DNA from: a virus
Taxonomy: Duplodnaviria > Caudoviricetes
Reading direction: 5' to 3' (one strand)
DNA length: 64,000 nt
IMG/VR virus record: IMGVR_UViG_2617271113_000004
Location: 96,001 to 160,000 of that record
The translations under genes were made by a program, and so were the position numbers. Under the pieces are notes generated by a model. It worked only from the letters and a program-made list of their open reading frames with translations. It ran no database searches and was not told where the DNA came from. Of the stretch, positions 19,765 to 28,796 are shown in pieces. The number at the start of each line of letters is the position of its first letter. Position 1 is the stretch's first letter.

Positions 19765-19793
19765 ATAATACTACAAAATGTAATGTCTTTCAA
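19765..19793 (-). promoter_or_regulatory. sigmaA-type promoter of the tRNA cluster, overlapped by an operator variant
   Basis: TTGAAA-N17-TATTAT; TGTAATGTCTTTCA at 19779-19792. Confidence 0.6.
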
Positions 19794-19852
19794 TATATTT
19801 ATTATAATATTTTAAACTTTTTTTATATTCAGTTTTTAATCTAGACATCTTG

Positions 19853-20395
19853 TTATTCTCTTTTTATATTCATCTGTAGATTTGCATTATTGATGAAAGC
19901 TTGATAATCGTTCTCTACCCTTCCTCCAACTACATATATTGGTCCTTCAGACTTATGGAGAATTTCACGAGACAGCTTAAGTATTTTCCTGAAATAACTA
20001 TTATCAATAAACTCTATATCTTCCATAATAACTGCATCTGCAGATAGTCCTGCAACCAGATGGCTATCACCATTAACACCAAAAAAGGTAATCCGTTTTC
20101 CATTATCTAAACATAGCGTGTTTGAATTAGAATAAATAACATTAACTCCCTGCTCTTCGAAAACGTCTTTATAGACCCTTGTATTCAAGGTTACAGTGCC
20201 TCCTATCAATACTACATGGTTCCATTCGGATTTGTTTATTTTTTTGGCAATATTATAGGATTTTCCACTTCCTCTGTCAGCAGTAACAGCTAATGTTTTA
20301 CAGTTAGCTTCTTGAAATAAGTCCCATTTATCTTTTTTCTTAAATAGTCTTTTAAATATTTTTTTCATAATTAATTCTCCTTTTTTGTAATGCAT
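19853..20395 (-). CDS. Small terminase-like P-loop ATPase domain protein (likely start 20368)
   Basis: ADRGSGKS Walker A; GKRITF; AGLSADAVIMEDIEFID Walker B region. Confidence 0.6.
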   Translation of the reverse strand: MHYKKGELIMKKIFKRLFKKKDKWDLFQEANCKTLAVTADRGSGKSYNIAKKINKSEWNHVVLIGGTVTLNTRVYKDVFEEQGVNVIYSNSNTLCLDNGKRITFFGVNGDSHLVAGLSADAVIMEDIEFIDNSYFRKILKLSREILHKSEGPIYVVGGRVENDYQAFINNANLQMNIKRE

Positions 20396-20440
20396 TACTT
20401 TATTAAGGCAAAGATACTTTCAGTACAAATAACACTCCTT

Positions 20441-20875
20441 CTATATAAAACAACTAATTGCAATGGCAATAATAAATATCCTTACGATGTGAACAGTCTG
20501 ATCAATGGAGATAATAACAAATTGGGGTACGTTCTTTATTTCAAAGTTTTTTTGTTTTGCTATTTTCTTTTCTAAGAAATTCTTCCAGACTATTATTGGT
20601 TTTCTTGAATCAACAAGATAGTGTTCGATTAATGTTATTAAAAATACGATACTTGCTACCACCCAATTAAATGGTATAAGTAACAGTAATCCAATTGTTA
20701 GTGAATATACGAAACAATGCCTGAATCTTGCCAAACGCTTTTTTGTTTTATTCTGTGCTTGCCAGTCAGTTTGAAATAAATAATCTCCTATGTTATGACC
20801 TACATACTGAAAAATAAATGCTGTGCAGAAAATAATCATATTCACTATTTTGTTTCCTCCTTTACTCCAAGCCAT
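20441..20875 (-). CDS. DUF3307-like membrane protein
   Basis: H.IGDYLFQ, HCFVY, HYLVD and DQTVH motifs. Confidence 0.8.
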   Translation of the reverse strand: MAWSKGGNKIVNMIIFCTAFIFQYVGHNIGDYLFQTDWQAQNKTKKRLARFRHCFVYSLTIGLLLLIPFNWVVASIVFLITLIEHYLVDSRKPIIVWKNFLEKKIAKQKNFEIKNVPQFVIISIDQTVHIVRIFIIAIAISCFI

Positions 20876-21102
20876 TCTTTTGGGGACTTACCTAAAGCTC
20901 CTTTAAACATGTTGAAACTATTTTCTGCCTTCTGTTTACGAATCCATTCAGGTGTCCTATTTTCTTTTAATAACTCTTCTCTATGTTGACGGTGTTCGAT
21001 ATTAAACATATTTCGATATACCTGTAGTGCATAATAGCACTCGTTATGAGTAGGTTTTCGACCTTCAATCATATCTACTGCAATCTCATACAGTGTCCGC
21101 AT
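20845..21102 (-). CDS. Hypothetical protein
   Basis: 85 aa with AGGAG RBS. Confidence 0.6.
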   Translation of the reverse strand: MRTLYEIAVDMIEGRKPTHNECYYALQVYRNMFNIEHRQHREELLKENRTPEWIRKQKAENSFNMFKGALGKSPKEWLGVKEETK

Positions 21103-21119
21103 GTTTTATCTCCTAACTT

Positions 21120-21332
21120 TTAATTTACACCTATCTTAATCACAGTATCAATAACTGCCTTAAATAAATAATCCTTCGTTTTCTGTTCTACAGGTAATTC
21201 ATTGTAGGGAACTAAACAAGGATGCGTCTTATCGGGTGCATCTTCCCACTTTGGTTGTGATAAATCTCCAATACTTTCACAGTATGCTTTATTTACGTTA
21301 TGACATAATTCAGCTATTTGATTTTTGTTCAT
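21120..21332 (-). CDS. Phage RyR-domain-like protein, apparently internally deleted
   Basis: CHNVNKAYC..GD.SQP.WEDAP is joined directly to KTHPCLVPY.ELP.EQK.KDYLF. Confidence 0.65.
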   Translation of the reverse strand: MNKNQIAELCHNVNKAYCESIGDLSQPKWEDAPDKTHPCLVPYNELPVEQKTKDYLFKAVIDTVIKIGVN

Positions 21333-21334
21333 GT

Positions 21335-21700
21335 TTATTTCTCCCCTTTTTTAATTCTTTTTTTCCATAGATATTTCGGGGATAGCATAACCCCTTCTTC
21401 TATTTTCACTTTATTTTTTCTTTGAAGATACCTAGCTAGAGTAAGTAGAACAGTGTGATAGTTATATTTTAGTTTTTGATGTATATCATAGAAGATCTTC
21501 AATAAATTAACTGGTCCTGAAGCTATTAGTAATTCACCTCTAATGTAATCATCGTGCCATACTTTAAAGTCACTTCTATTCTCACATTCCCACCAATACT
21601 CAACAGATATTCTTGTTGGCCACCAAGTTCGTTTATTTTTTATTTTTTTATATTCCTGTGATTCGTACTTGTACTCAGATAACTGTAATCTCTTCACCAT
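21335..21700 (-). CDS. Hypothetical protein
   Basis: 121 aa with GGGGGAG RBS. Confidence 0.6.
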   Translation of the reverse strand: MVKRLQLSEYKYESQEYKKIKNKRTWWPTRISVEYWWECENRSDFKVWHDDYIRGELLIASGPVNLLKIFYDIHQKLKYNYHTVLLTLARYLQRKNKVKIEEGVMLSPKYLWKKRIKKGEK

Positions 21701-21713
21701 TTCTCCCCCTTTA

Positions 21714-21896
21714 CTATTTGTAAATCTTACTACGATCTATTGGCACTATTTTAGAATAGCCATAACCTAAATCGATTATCTCTGAATTGTTCCTCAAGTC
21801 TACAGAACCATTTTCTACTAAGCGTTCATGCAGTGTTTTCTGTTCTGTTTTCTTTCTTCTGATGTATGTAGGCTTCTTCCCGTTTTCCATATACAA
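21714..21896 (-). CDS. Hypothetical protein
   Basis: 60 aa with AGGAGG RBS. Confidence 0.6.
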   Translation of the reverse strand: MYMENGKKPTYIRRKKTEQKTLHERLVENGSVDLRNNSEIIDLGYGYSKIVPIDRSKIYK

Positions 21897-21937
21897 ATCC
21901 TCCTTTTTATTTTCATTTATTCTTATTTAGACCTAAG

Positions 21938-21951
21938 TGTAATGCATTACA
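21938..21951. promoter_or_regulatory. Perfect palindromic operator TGTAATGCATTACA (type copy of a dispersed family)
   Basis: Perfect 14-bp palindrome; variants at 19779, 20386, 31048, 37682, 40353, 50640, 50664, 55397, 58984 and 59003. Confidence 0.75.
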
Positions 21952-22122
21952 AATAGTTTATCTTACTCTGAATTTAAAGTCACTACCTAAACCTGGGGAA
22001 AAACCCTTATAGGGGAAAATTTCTAAAAAAAATTGCTCGGGGTACTACCTTTTATATAGGGAGTTTTCCAGGGCGTTTGTAGCCCCCACCCCTAACAAAC
22101 TATTAGAAAAGGATGATGAACA

Positions 22123-22302
22123 ATGCAAACAGTATCATTAGTAAACTTATTCAACCAATTAAAAGGATCAGGCAAATGTATCCGATTCGGTGACTTAATG
22201 AAAAGAGGATTTAATGCTGATCTAATCAAGGTAGCTGTAGAGAGATGTGAGATCGAACTAGGATTAGATGGAGAAGGATACACCATTGTTGTATTTAACT
22301 AA
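22123..22302 (+). CDS. Small hypothetical protein (59 aa, not in ORF track)
   Basis: MQTVSLVNLF...YTIVVFN with AAAGGATG RBS; first plus-strand gene. Confidence 0.65.
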   Translation: MQTVSLVNLFNQLKGSGKCIRFGDLMKRGFNADLIKVAVERCEIELGLDGEGYTIVVFN

Positions 22303-22305
22303 TGA

Positions 22306-22374
22306 ATCGAAACACCTTTCAAGAAAGGAAGGTGTATGCAGGACATGACCACCCTGTACTGATGAGATAGGTCA
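22306..22374 (+). ncRNA. Type II hammerhead ribozyme with pseudoknot
   Basis: ATC-GAAA-CACCTT..AAGGTG-TA^TGCAGG-loop-CCTGTA-CTGATGA-GAT; loop TGACC pairs with 3' GGTCA. Confidence 0.88.
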
Positions 22375-22424
22375 CACTATTGTCCAGCTCATGACATGAA
22401 ACCGAGCATTAGAAAGGAGTCAAT

Positions 22425-22910
22425 ATGACTACAACGAGCATGAATAAGGATGCACTAACTACTGTACTAGCAGGTGCAAAGGAAGGAGTCAATAAGATAA
22501 AGAAGTCAAAACGATTTGAATCCATAGTTGAGAAAGCAGGTGTTGCATTAGGTAAAGCATACCGTGCAACAGAAGCTTTTATTAAAGGACATTGGAAGAA
22601 TGCTGCGCTTGCCACAGCTACAACAGTAGGTGCTGGTGCGATAACCACTGGGCTAGGCAGTGCGTTATGCGCAGGCGCCTTACTATATGGTGGCATAAAG
22701 ACACTAGCCTACTACCTAAGCCATAAACAGGTGCGATTCAAAGATGCAACTATCAATTTGTTTATTGAAAGTAGTATTGGATTCGTATATGGCATGGGCT
22801 TACTACTTGCTTATCTAATAGGTGGCACATTGCTAATCACGCTATCTGCTGAATTGGGACATTTCCTAGCTGCTAACTGGATGTATGTGCTGTATCTACT
22901 AGTAGGTTAA
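22425..22910 (+). CDS. Hypothetical membrane protein
   Basis: 161 aa with several hydrophobic helices and AAAGGAG RBS. Confidence 0.7.
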   Translation: MTTTSMNKDALTTVLAGAKEGVNKIKKSKRFESIVEKAGVALGKAYRATEAFIKGHWKNAALATATTVGAGAITTGLGSALCAGALLYGGIKTLAYYLSHKQVRFKDATINLFIESSIGFVYGMGLLLAYLIGGTLLITLSAELGHFLAANWMYVLYLLVG

Positions 22911-22914
22911 TAGC

Positions 22915-23082
22915 CTTGTAGTGTACCTCTGCCCCTCTCTATAGCGACACATCACATAGCTACTATAGAGTGTATGAACAGCTAGGTGATCGATAGGTGT
23001 TGTACATGCCCTGCTCTATCGTCAAAGAGATAATCATGTGCCTGTAGTGATTCCTGTAGAGTAACCGCTCGTCATTACAGAA
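22915..23082 (+). ncRNA. Structured intergenic RNA element
   Basis: Several overlapping 6-11 bp complementarities (see findings). Confidence 0.4.
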
Positions 23083-23143
23083 GCTTTATATGTAATACCA
23101 ATCAATTAGATTTAAAACAAATTAATCATTGGAGGAATTTAAA

Positions 23144-23251
23144 ATGAAAAACTTATTAATCAAATTCGTACAACAGGACGCTACAGATAAGAAGATTCAA
23201 CTTGTATTCGTTGGAATGTTAGCTTTTCTATTCTTTGCACTAACACACTAA
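23144..23251 (+). CDS. 35-aa single-TM peptide (not in ORF track)
   Basis: MKNLLIKF...VGMLAFLFFALTH with GGAGG RBS. Confidence 0.65.
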   Translation: MKNLLIKFVQQDATDKKIQLVFVGMLAFLFFALTH

Positions 23252-23273
23252 AAAACAATTGGAGGAATGAACG

Positions 23274-23477
23274 ATGGACGTAACTTACAAACAATTAATT
23301 CTCGAAGGAAAATATCTTGGCTACTGTGGTCATATGGGATACCTGTATTCCATCTTTGTTAGATATGACGAGAAGGAACAGGAAGTATATCAAATCTATG
23401 GTGTTCATGGAAATGCGTTACATTTTCTTATTGAATATCCAATACTACGAAAGGAGCATGATGTAGATGAACTATAA
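23274..23477 (+). CDS. Hypothetical protein
   Basis: 67 aa with GGAGG RBS. Confidence 0.65.
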   Translation: MDVTYKQLILEGKYLGYCGHMGYLYSIFVRYDEKEQEVYQIYGVHGNALHFLIEYPILRKEHDVDEL

Positions 23478-23850
23478 TATGCCAACTGGAAGATATGTTG
23501 AATTATACGTCAAAGAAATCTTCAAAGAACTGTTTGAAACAACTTATGTTGAAGCAACAAAAGAAGATGATCTATATCGAGGGACAGACTTCTTCATTGG
23601 GTCTGTTCCTATTGATGTAACCATTAATGAAAGTAAAGATCACTGCAAGTTAATTAAGAAGTATTTATTGGATGGCGTTACAGTCTCCGTGTCCAAACGT
23701 AACCGTAACGCCAGGGTAACATTCGAAAGACCAGTATTAGTCTTTCATTTTGATCTGTACGATTTGCGAGATCGTATGCAGATCTGTGAGTTAATCGATG
23801 AATCACTCACACAAGACATTATAACAGAAATCTTAGGCCTTTATAAATAA
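23467..23850 (+). CDS. Possible PD-(D/E)xK-like nuclease-fold protein
   Basis: G.YVE...EDDLYRGTDF....IDVT pattern. Confidence 0.45.
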   Translation: MNYNMPTGRYVELYVKEIFKELFETTYVEATKEDDLYRGTDFFIGSVPIDVTINESKDHCKLIKKYLLDGVTVSVSKRNRNARVTFERPVLVFHFDLYDLRDRMQICELIDESLTQDIITEILGLYK

Positions 23851-23869
23851 GGCTAACCACAAAGGAGAA

Positions 23870-26800
23870 ATGATTACTATGAAAAATCAAACTGCGACTG
23901 TATCAAATCAATCTAACCAAACTAAAGGAGATGTTATTAAAATGGAAAATCGTACAATGTTAAAAGAAAATGGTTATCTATACACTGTTCAGGACATTCT
24001 TGCTGCCCTATCTAAATCAGAAGGTTTCAAATCACGTGATTCAAAGAACTTTGCTCGTGTACTAAGAGCAATGTCAGAAGGAAAGGCATTACTTGATATC
24101 TTAGCTAATCCGTCACTAGCAGGAGTACCGAATAATCAAGTTCGGTACTTTACTGAGTTTGTAGAAAACAACAAACTAGCAAAACGTGTATATAAACCAA
24201 CACGTAAAGGTGTACTTGTTCCAATTGCTGATATTAATCTAATGGAAATGCAAGAAGATAAAGTATACTCAACAATTGATTATTCTGAAGTAAATGTAGA
24301 CTCTTATAAAGAGATTAGTGAATCGTTCTTGAGTGAAACACTAGCTTCTACACCAGAGATGATTGAGTTTACTCGTAATGGAAAACTTATTAAACAACGC
24401 ATGATGCTTCCTATGCGTCATGTCTTCTTCGTGAGCTTAGGCTTGGAGCTCCCTGAAGAAGAAGCGGACTATGATCAGGAAGACTTTGATAATATTCATC
24501 TTCGTGAACGAGTAATGAAAGATGGATTTTATTTTACAGACGAAAATGGTGAAGAAGGACATGCTTACTTCTTCTTACGCACTCCATCTCAAGCACGTGT
24601 GTTACAAGCAGTCTTTATTGATACAGCTTTCATGTCCCCTGTTCAAGCGTTAAAACTATTAGGTCATGAATTAATTGCTTATGGCTCTCAAGATAATGAA
24701 GGCAATTATGTTGTTAAAGTAGACAAAATGATTACTCGTCCAGGTCTAGCTGGTACAAATACTGTTGCTTCTAAGACAGTTGATATTGGAAATATCGTGG
24801 AGATTAATCATAAAGGTGAACAACGCTTAGTTGGTGGTGTGCATACCCTACGTGTTGTAGAAGATAGACAAGTTGAAATTAAAACAGGTACGTATCGTGC
24901 TTGGGACAAAGAGAAACAATGCTTTAAAGAGTTTGATGCAAATGAGCATCCGATCTCACTAACAGCAGCAGATGGTGCGATCTTCTGTGATGAAGAGATT
25001 TATCATACACTTGGTGCAGAGTTCGGTCAATTTAACGATGCATGGCAAATTCGCATTACTCCATTTGTTAAAGGTCTTATGGTGTTCGTGCCAAATCTAC
25101 GTGCTTACTATGATGATCATATTATTGCATTTAAGTCTGCTGTTAAAGGTGACTTTGCTAATCTAATTACAGCTAATCCTGACTTCAAACCACAACTACG
25201 TATTGCTATGTTTAACCGTAATCTTAATCAAGAAAAGACGTATACGGATATGCCTTATCAATTTGTACAAGCTTCTTCACTAAACACAAGTGACCTATGG
25301 AAAGTTATGAAACCACACTTAGAAAAAGTAGGCAATGCATTACACGATCCAAGTATCATGAAGAAATATGTAGGGCTAGATAAAGTCATTGATGCTGATC
25401 TATTCGATCAGGAAACAGAACACTACATGATTGATCAGTCTCGAGTATCAACGTTTACTTCGTTCTTAGATATGTTTGATTGGACTTATGAAGATGTGCA
25501 TATGAAACGCTATGCATTAGATGTGCTCAAAGAAAAGATTGCTGATTGGAAAACCGGCAATGTGCCTGTAGAAGGACATTATCGCTATTTAATGCAAGAT
25601 CCATATGCTGTACTAGAAGCTGGTACAAAGTATACCGTTCGCAATGAAAATGGAGATCTAATGATAACAAATCGTGGATCTTATCACATTCAACCAAACG
25701 AAGCATTTGTCCCATCTGCTCATGAACATAAATCAAATGTCTATGTAGCAGCTGGACGTAACCCAATGATTGCAAAAGGTGAGTGGCAAGTGGTCCGTCA
25801 TCGCCCTATCGATATGTATAACCGTGCTTATAAGAAAGGTGCTTTCCGTAACATTACACTTATGAGTGTGCATGACATGAGACTATTTGCTATGGGTGGA
25901 GCTGACGTTGATGGAGATACTGCACTAACTGTAACAGATGAAACAATTGTACAAGCATTAAAGCGTAAAGAAACTTCTCCAGTAATGGATATCTCTTTTG
26001 TTGAGAAAGATGGCAATATCGAATTCTTAGGAGATGGTGTTCCTTATTCAAAAGAAATGACTGGTGTATATCGTATGCCAGAACACTTAGTAGACAAGCA
26101 AAATAATTACAAGATCACATTTACAAAAGAACAAAATACAGATGAACTCTATGAAGAGGTTCATAAGCTAGGTGTTGATTATGTCATACGTACATTAAAG
26201 CCAAACAAAATTGGTATTGCTACTAACATTGCATCTATCTTGGCAGATGCTGTTCGTGGCTTAGGCTATGACTTATATTTGAATAATGTATCTCAAGATC
26301 AAGTAATGACTACGATTAAACAGTATGAGAACTGGATTGACATCCTACGCTTAGTACAAGGTTGGGAAATTGATGCAGCTAAACATGGTGGTGCCTATCA
26401 AGAAGTCATGAAAGAAACATTAGACTTTATGGATAACCCACCTGAATCATTATCATATCTACACAAAGGTCTTGGTCGTCGTGTATGGAATAAGCCTAAT
26501 TGGTTAGCAGCACGTGTTGGAAAGAAAGGTCATGATCTGGGGTCTGTGTTGTCACGTCTTATGGATCTTGTTCAACAATTCGAAGACAATATGTTAACGA
26601 ATGAATTGGAAAGAATGCATCTAGAAGCAGATAGCTTTTCTCTGTTAGCTAAACTAAACAGTGCATTCCAATTAGATCCTGCTTACTTTAATGAGCTTGC
26701 TAATCATGTAAAACAATTAAAAGCTTCTTATGGTTCAGCTGTTCGTAAGACACATCAAGCAGCTCAAGATAAGAAGCAAGTTATTATTGAATCAAATACA

Positions 26801-27376
26801 CCTGATCATATACGTGATCTCCAATTTGAAGAAATTGAAGTGAAGTTAAACAACTATATTGGAGACATCGCAGATATGGCTCGTGATAAGATTGCAGAGC
26901 TTATGAGTATGTATCCAGCTAAAGATATTGGATATGTATCTTACTATGTAACATATGTAGATCGTAAGAAAGAAGCATCTCTCTCTTTCCCATGGACTGT
27001 AGCACGTGAAGCATTTATTCAGACACTTTCTTATGTGGAGAATAAAGAGAAGCAAGATCAACTTACTGCGAATGAAGTTGTAGACAATAATATTACACTT
27101 GCTGTATGTATTCCTGATGCGATTCAAGAGCAGTTTACAATGGAGAAAGTATTAGAAGGATTGCATAAGCAACCATCATTCATTCAAGCTGTAGGTGATA
27201 AGTATAGACTAATCATTGGTCAAACTGAAGTAGGCTTTGTATTTAATTCAGCTAAGAATATTAAGTCACTTCTAGGTCATGATAAGTATGAACTTAATAT
27301 CAGTACGTCTACACCTGGCCGTGGAACACGTACAGTTAACCTAGAAGTGAATGAACTAATCAAGATAGGAGCCTAA
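23870..27376 (+). CDS. Single-subunit double-psi-barrel RNA polymerase, eukaryotic-RdRP-like (SPbeta YonO-type)
   Basis: DGAIF, WQIR...KGLM, GRNP, catalytic GGADVDGD (DxDGD) and IDAAKHG occur in the order seen in cellular RdRP/YonO proteins. Confidence 0.88.
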   Translation: MITMKNQTATVSNQSNQTKGDVIKMENRTMLKENGYLYTVQDILAALSKSEGFKSRDSKNFARVLRAMSEGKALLDILANPSLAGVPNNQVRYFTEFVENNKLAKRVYKPTRKGVLVPIADINLMEMQEDKVYSTIDYSEVNVDSYKEISESFLSETLASTPEMIEFTRNGKLIKQRMMLPMRHVFFVSLGLELPEEEADYDQEDFDNIHLRERVMKDGFYFTDENGEEGHAYFFLRTPSQARVLQAVFIDTAFMSPVQALKLLGHELIAYGSQDNEGNYVVKVDKMITRPGLAGTNTVASKTVDIGNIVEINHKGEQRLVGGVHTLRVVEDRQVEIKTGTYRAWDKEKQCFKEFDANEHPISLTAADGAIFCDEEIYHTLGAEFGQFNDAWQIRITPFVKGLMVFVPNLRAYYDDHIIAFKSAVKGDFANLITANPDFKPQLRIAMFNRNLNQEKTYTDMPYQFVQASSLNTSDLWKVMKPHLEKVGNALHDPSIMKKYVGLDKVIDADLFDQETEHYMIDQSRVSTFTSFLDMFDWTYEDVHMKRYALDVLKEKIADWKTGNVPVEGHYRYLMQDPYAVLEAGTKYTVRNENGDLMITNRGSYHIQPNEAFVPSAHEHKSNVYVAAGRNPMIAKGEWQVVRHRPIDMYNRAYKKGAFRNITLMSVHDMRLFAMGGADVDGDTALTVTDETIVQALKRKETSPVMDISFVEKDGNIEFLGDGVPYSKEMTGVYRMPEHLVDKQNNYKITFTKEQNTDELYEEVHKLGVDYVIRTLKPNKIGIATNIASILADAVRGLGYDLYLNNVSQDQVMTTIKQYENWIDILRLVQGWEIDAAKHGGAYQEVMKETLDFMDNPPESLSYLHKGLGRRVWNKPNWLAARVGKKGHDLGSVLSRLMDLVQQFEDNMLTNELERMHLEADSFSLLAKLNSAFQLDPAYFNELANHVKQLKASYGSAVRKTHQAAQDKKQVIIESNTPDHIRDLQFEEIEVKLNNYIGDIADMARDKIAELMSMYPAKDIGYVSYYVTYVDRKKEASLSFPWTVAREAFIQTLSYVENKEKQDQLTANEVVDNNITLAVCIPDAIQEQFTMEKVLEGLHKQPSFIQAVGDKYRLIIGQTEVGFVFNSAKNIKSLLGHDKYELNISTSTPGRGTRTVNLEVNELIKIGA

Positions 27377-28220
27377 CGCCTACAAGCTCCTATGCTGTTA
27401 GTATAGCATATCTAAAGTAGTACGACCATTGTTCGTGTATGGAGTCCAACATTGCTAGTTCCTCTTAGGACTAACTAGGATGTTGGTCTTCTATATACGA
27501 ATGTTATCTTATATTGCAAGGATAATGTTCGGATATAGAAGAAATCCTTCGGATAGGTGTATCAGCATAGCAATGCTCCCCTCTCCTCCCTACCGTTGCA
27601 TAGCGACACTGCCTTCGGCACAGCAGACCACCTCCGCCCGCTCCTTCTATTTGCCAGTTAAGCTTGCTAGCGCCCACTCTCACAGCACGTTCACCGACTA
27701 CACTAGTAGTATGCGGGTTATGTTTCAGCACAGCTCACTTGTCCACTATTTGTCAGCCTGTCGGCTAGCTCATTGAGTTATAGCCCCCACTATAGCTCGC
27801 TCACGCTTTCCTATTGCCCACTAATGGGTAAACCCTCGGTAACTCTGCATTCTATCTGCACGGCTCTCATTTTGCCTCCTAGAGGGCGGGGTGGGAGCAT
27901 TGCCGAGGGAAAAGTGTGTGTGCAGATGTAGCAAGCGTACCGATATAGATAGCTCTGCCGAAGAAGAAAGCTCAGCGTAGCTCTGCTTATCTATAGTCTA
28001 CATACTGCAACTATAAGCTTATTAGCTAGCTCATCCTCTGCTGTATATTTCTGTTCATACCAACATAGTAAGCGTACTGTATCTTTTAGTAGCCTATCCT
28101 CTCTGCCCCCTATTTATGTGAGCATAACCCCCCATTGTATCCGATCTTTTCGTTTGCGCTACTTATAAAAGTGCAGAGCTTCCCCACGGCCGACAACTAC
28201 ATAAGAGCTGCGGTACTAGC
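27365..28220 (+). ncRNA. Large GC-rich structured non-coding element downstream of the RNA polymerase
   Basis: No credible ORF; many long stems with G-U pairs on the plus strand. Confidence 0.6.
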
Positions 28221-28560
28221 TTTCTTTATTGTTGGCTTTACTGTTTATTTTGTATGCTTATTGTAGTAGTATGACTGTATCAGTTAGCTTTACTTTTACT
28301 AAGTAAGACTTACTGTTTATTTGATGAACTCTTTCTTTTATCTTCAAAACCCCCTATATAGTATGTAGTGCCTTTCATAAGTAAGTAATGCTTAAGAAAA
28401 ACCCTCTCATATATTATTAACACCTGAAAAACCTTAGGAAATGCTACACTTCGATATAATTGTCACAAATTGTTCACATTATGTTCGTAATATATCGAGG
28501 TGAAAATGCGAACAAAGAGGTATCTTTATACTGACTTTATGTTATGATAGGTATTACATT

Positions 28561-28570
28561 GCCTGTCGGC
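28561..28570 (+). promoter_or_regulatory. GCCTRTCGGC motif (one of six co-oriented copies)
   Basis: Also at 27756, 34929, 35561, 52237 and 57436. Confidence 0.6.
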
Positions 28571-28607
28571 AAGTTAGGTAGATATCACGTAATAGGGGTG
28601 CAAGAAA

Positions 28608-28796
28608 ATGACAGAGAGAGATTTATTAAAGTTTCAGTACCGTCTGGGATACTACGAAGAATTACTACAGAAGAAGTATACTACCTTTGCTCATATAGAG
28701 AAGCTAGATCGTTTGGAAAGAAAGATAGATGAATGGTATTTTTATTCTACAGAGTTATATGAAGAACAAGAAGAACTACAGGAATGTGTAGGTTAA
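28608..28796 (+). CDS. Hypothetical protein
   Basis: 62 aa with AGGGGTG RBS. Confidence 0.6.
   Translation: MTERDLLKFQYRLGYYEELLQKKYTTFAHIEKLDRLERKIDEWYFYSTELYEEQEELQECVG

Noticed and set aside
25331-25344. Operator-like matches inside coding regions (25331, 49348, 63739)
   Set aside because: Explainable by codons (NALH, VMHF) and not near promoters; not counted in the regulon.
27544-27620. Apparent cUUCGg tetraloops
   Set aside because: The stems only pair as ATCC-TTC-GGAT and TGCC-TTC-GGCA (triloops), so they are not UUCG tetraloops.
27480-27776. ORFs 27480..27776 (+) and 27504..27731 (-)
   Set aside because: No RBS and atypical composition; best explained as by-products of the GC-rich structured region.
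27685-28005. Group I intron-like words GTTCACCGACTA and TATAGTCTA
   Set aside because: I could not build P3/P4/P6 around them and no interrupted gene flanks the region. Left for cmscan.
28447-28502. Inverted repeat CACTTCGATATA...TATATCGAGGTG with LexA/Rex-like half sites
   Set aside because: A real inverted repeat, but the spacing fits neither the LexA nor the Rex consensus, so it cannot be assigned.
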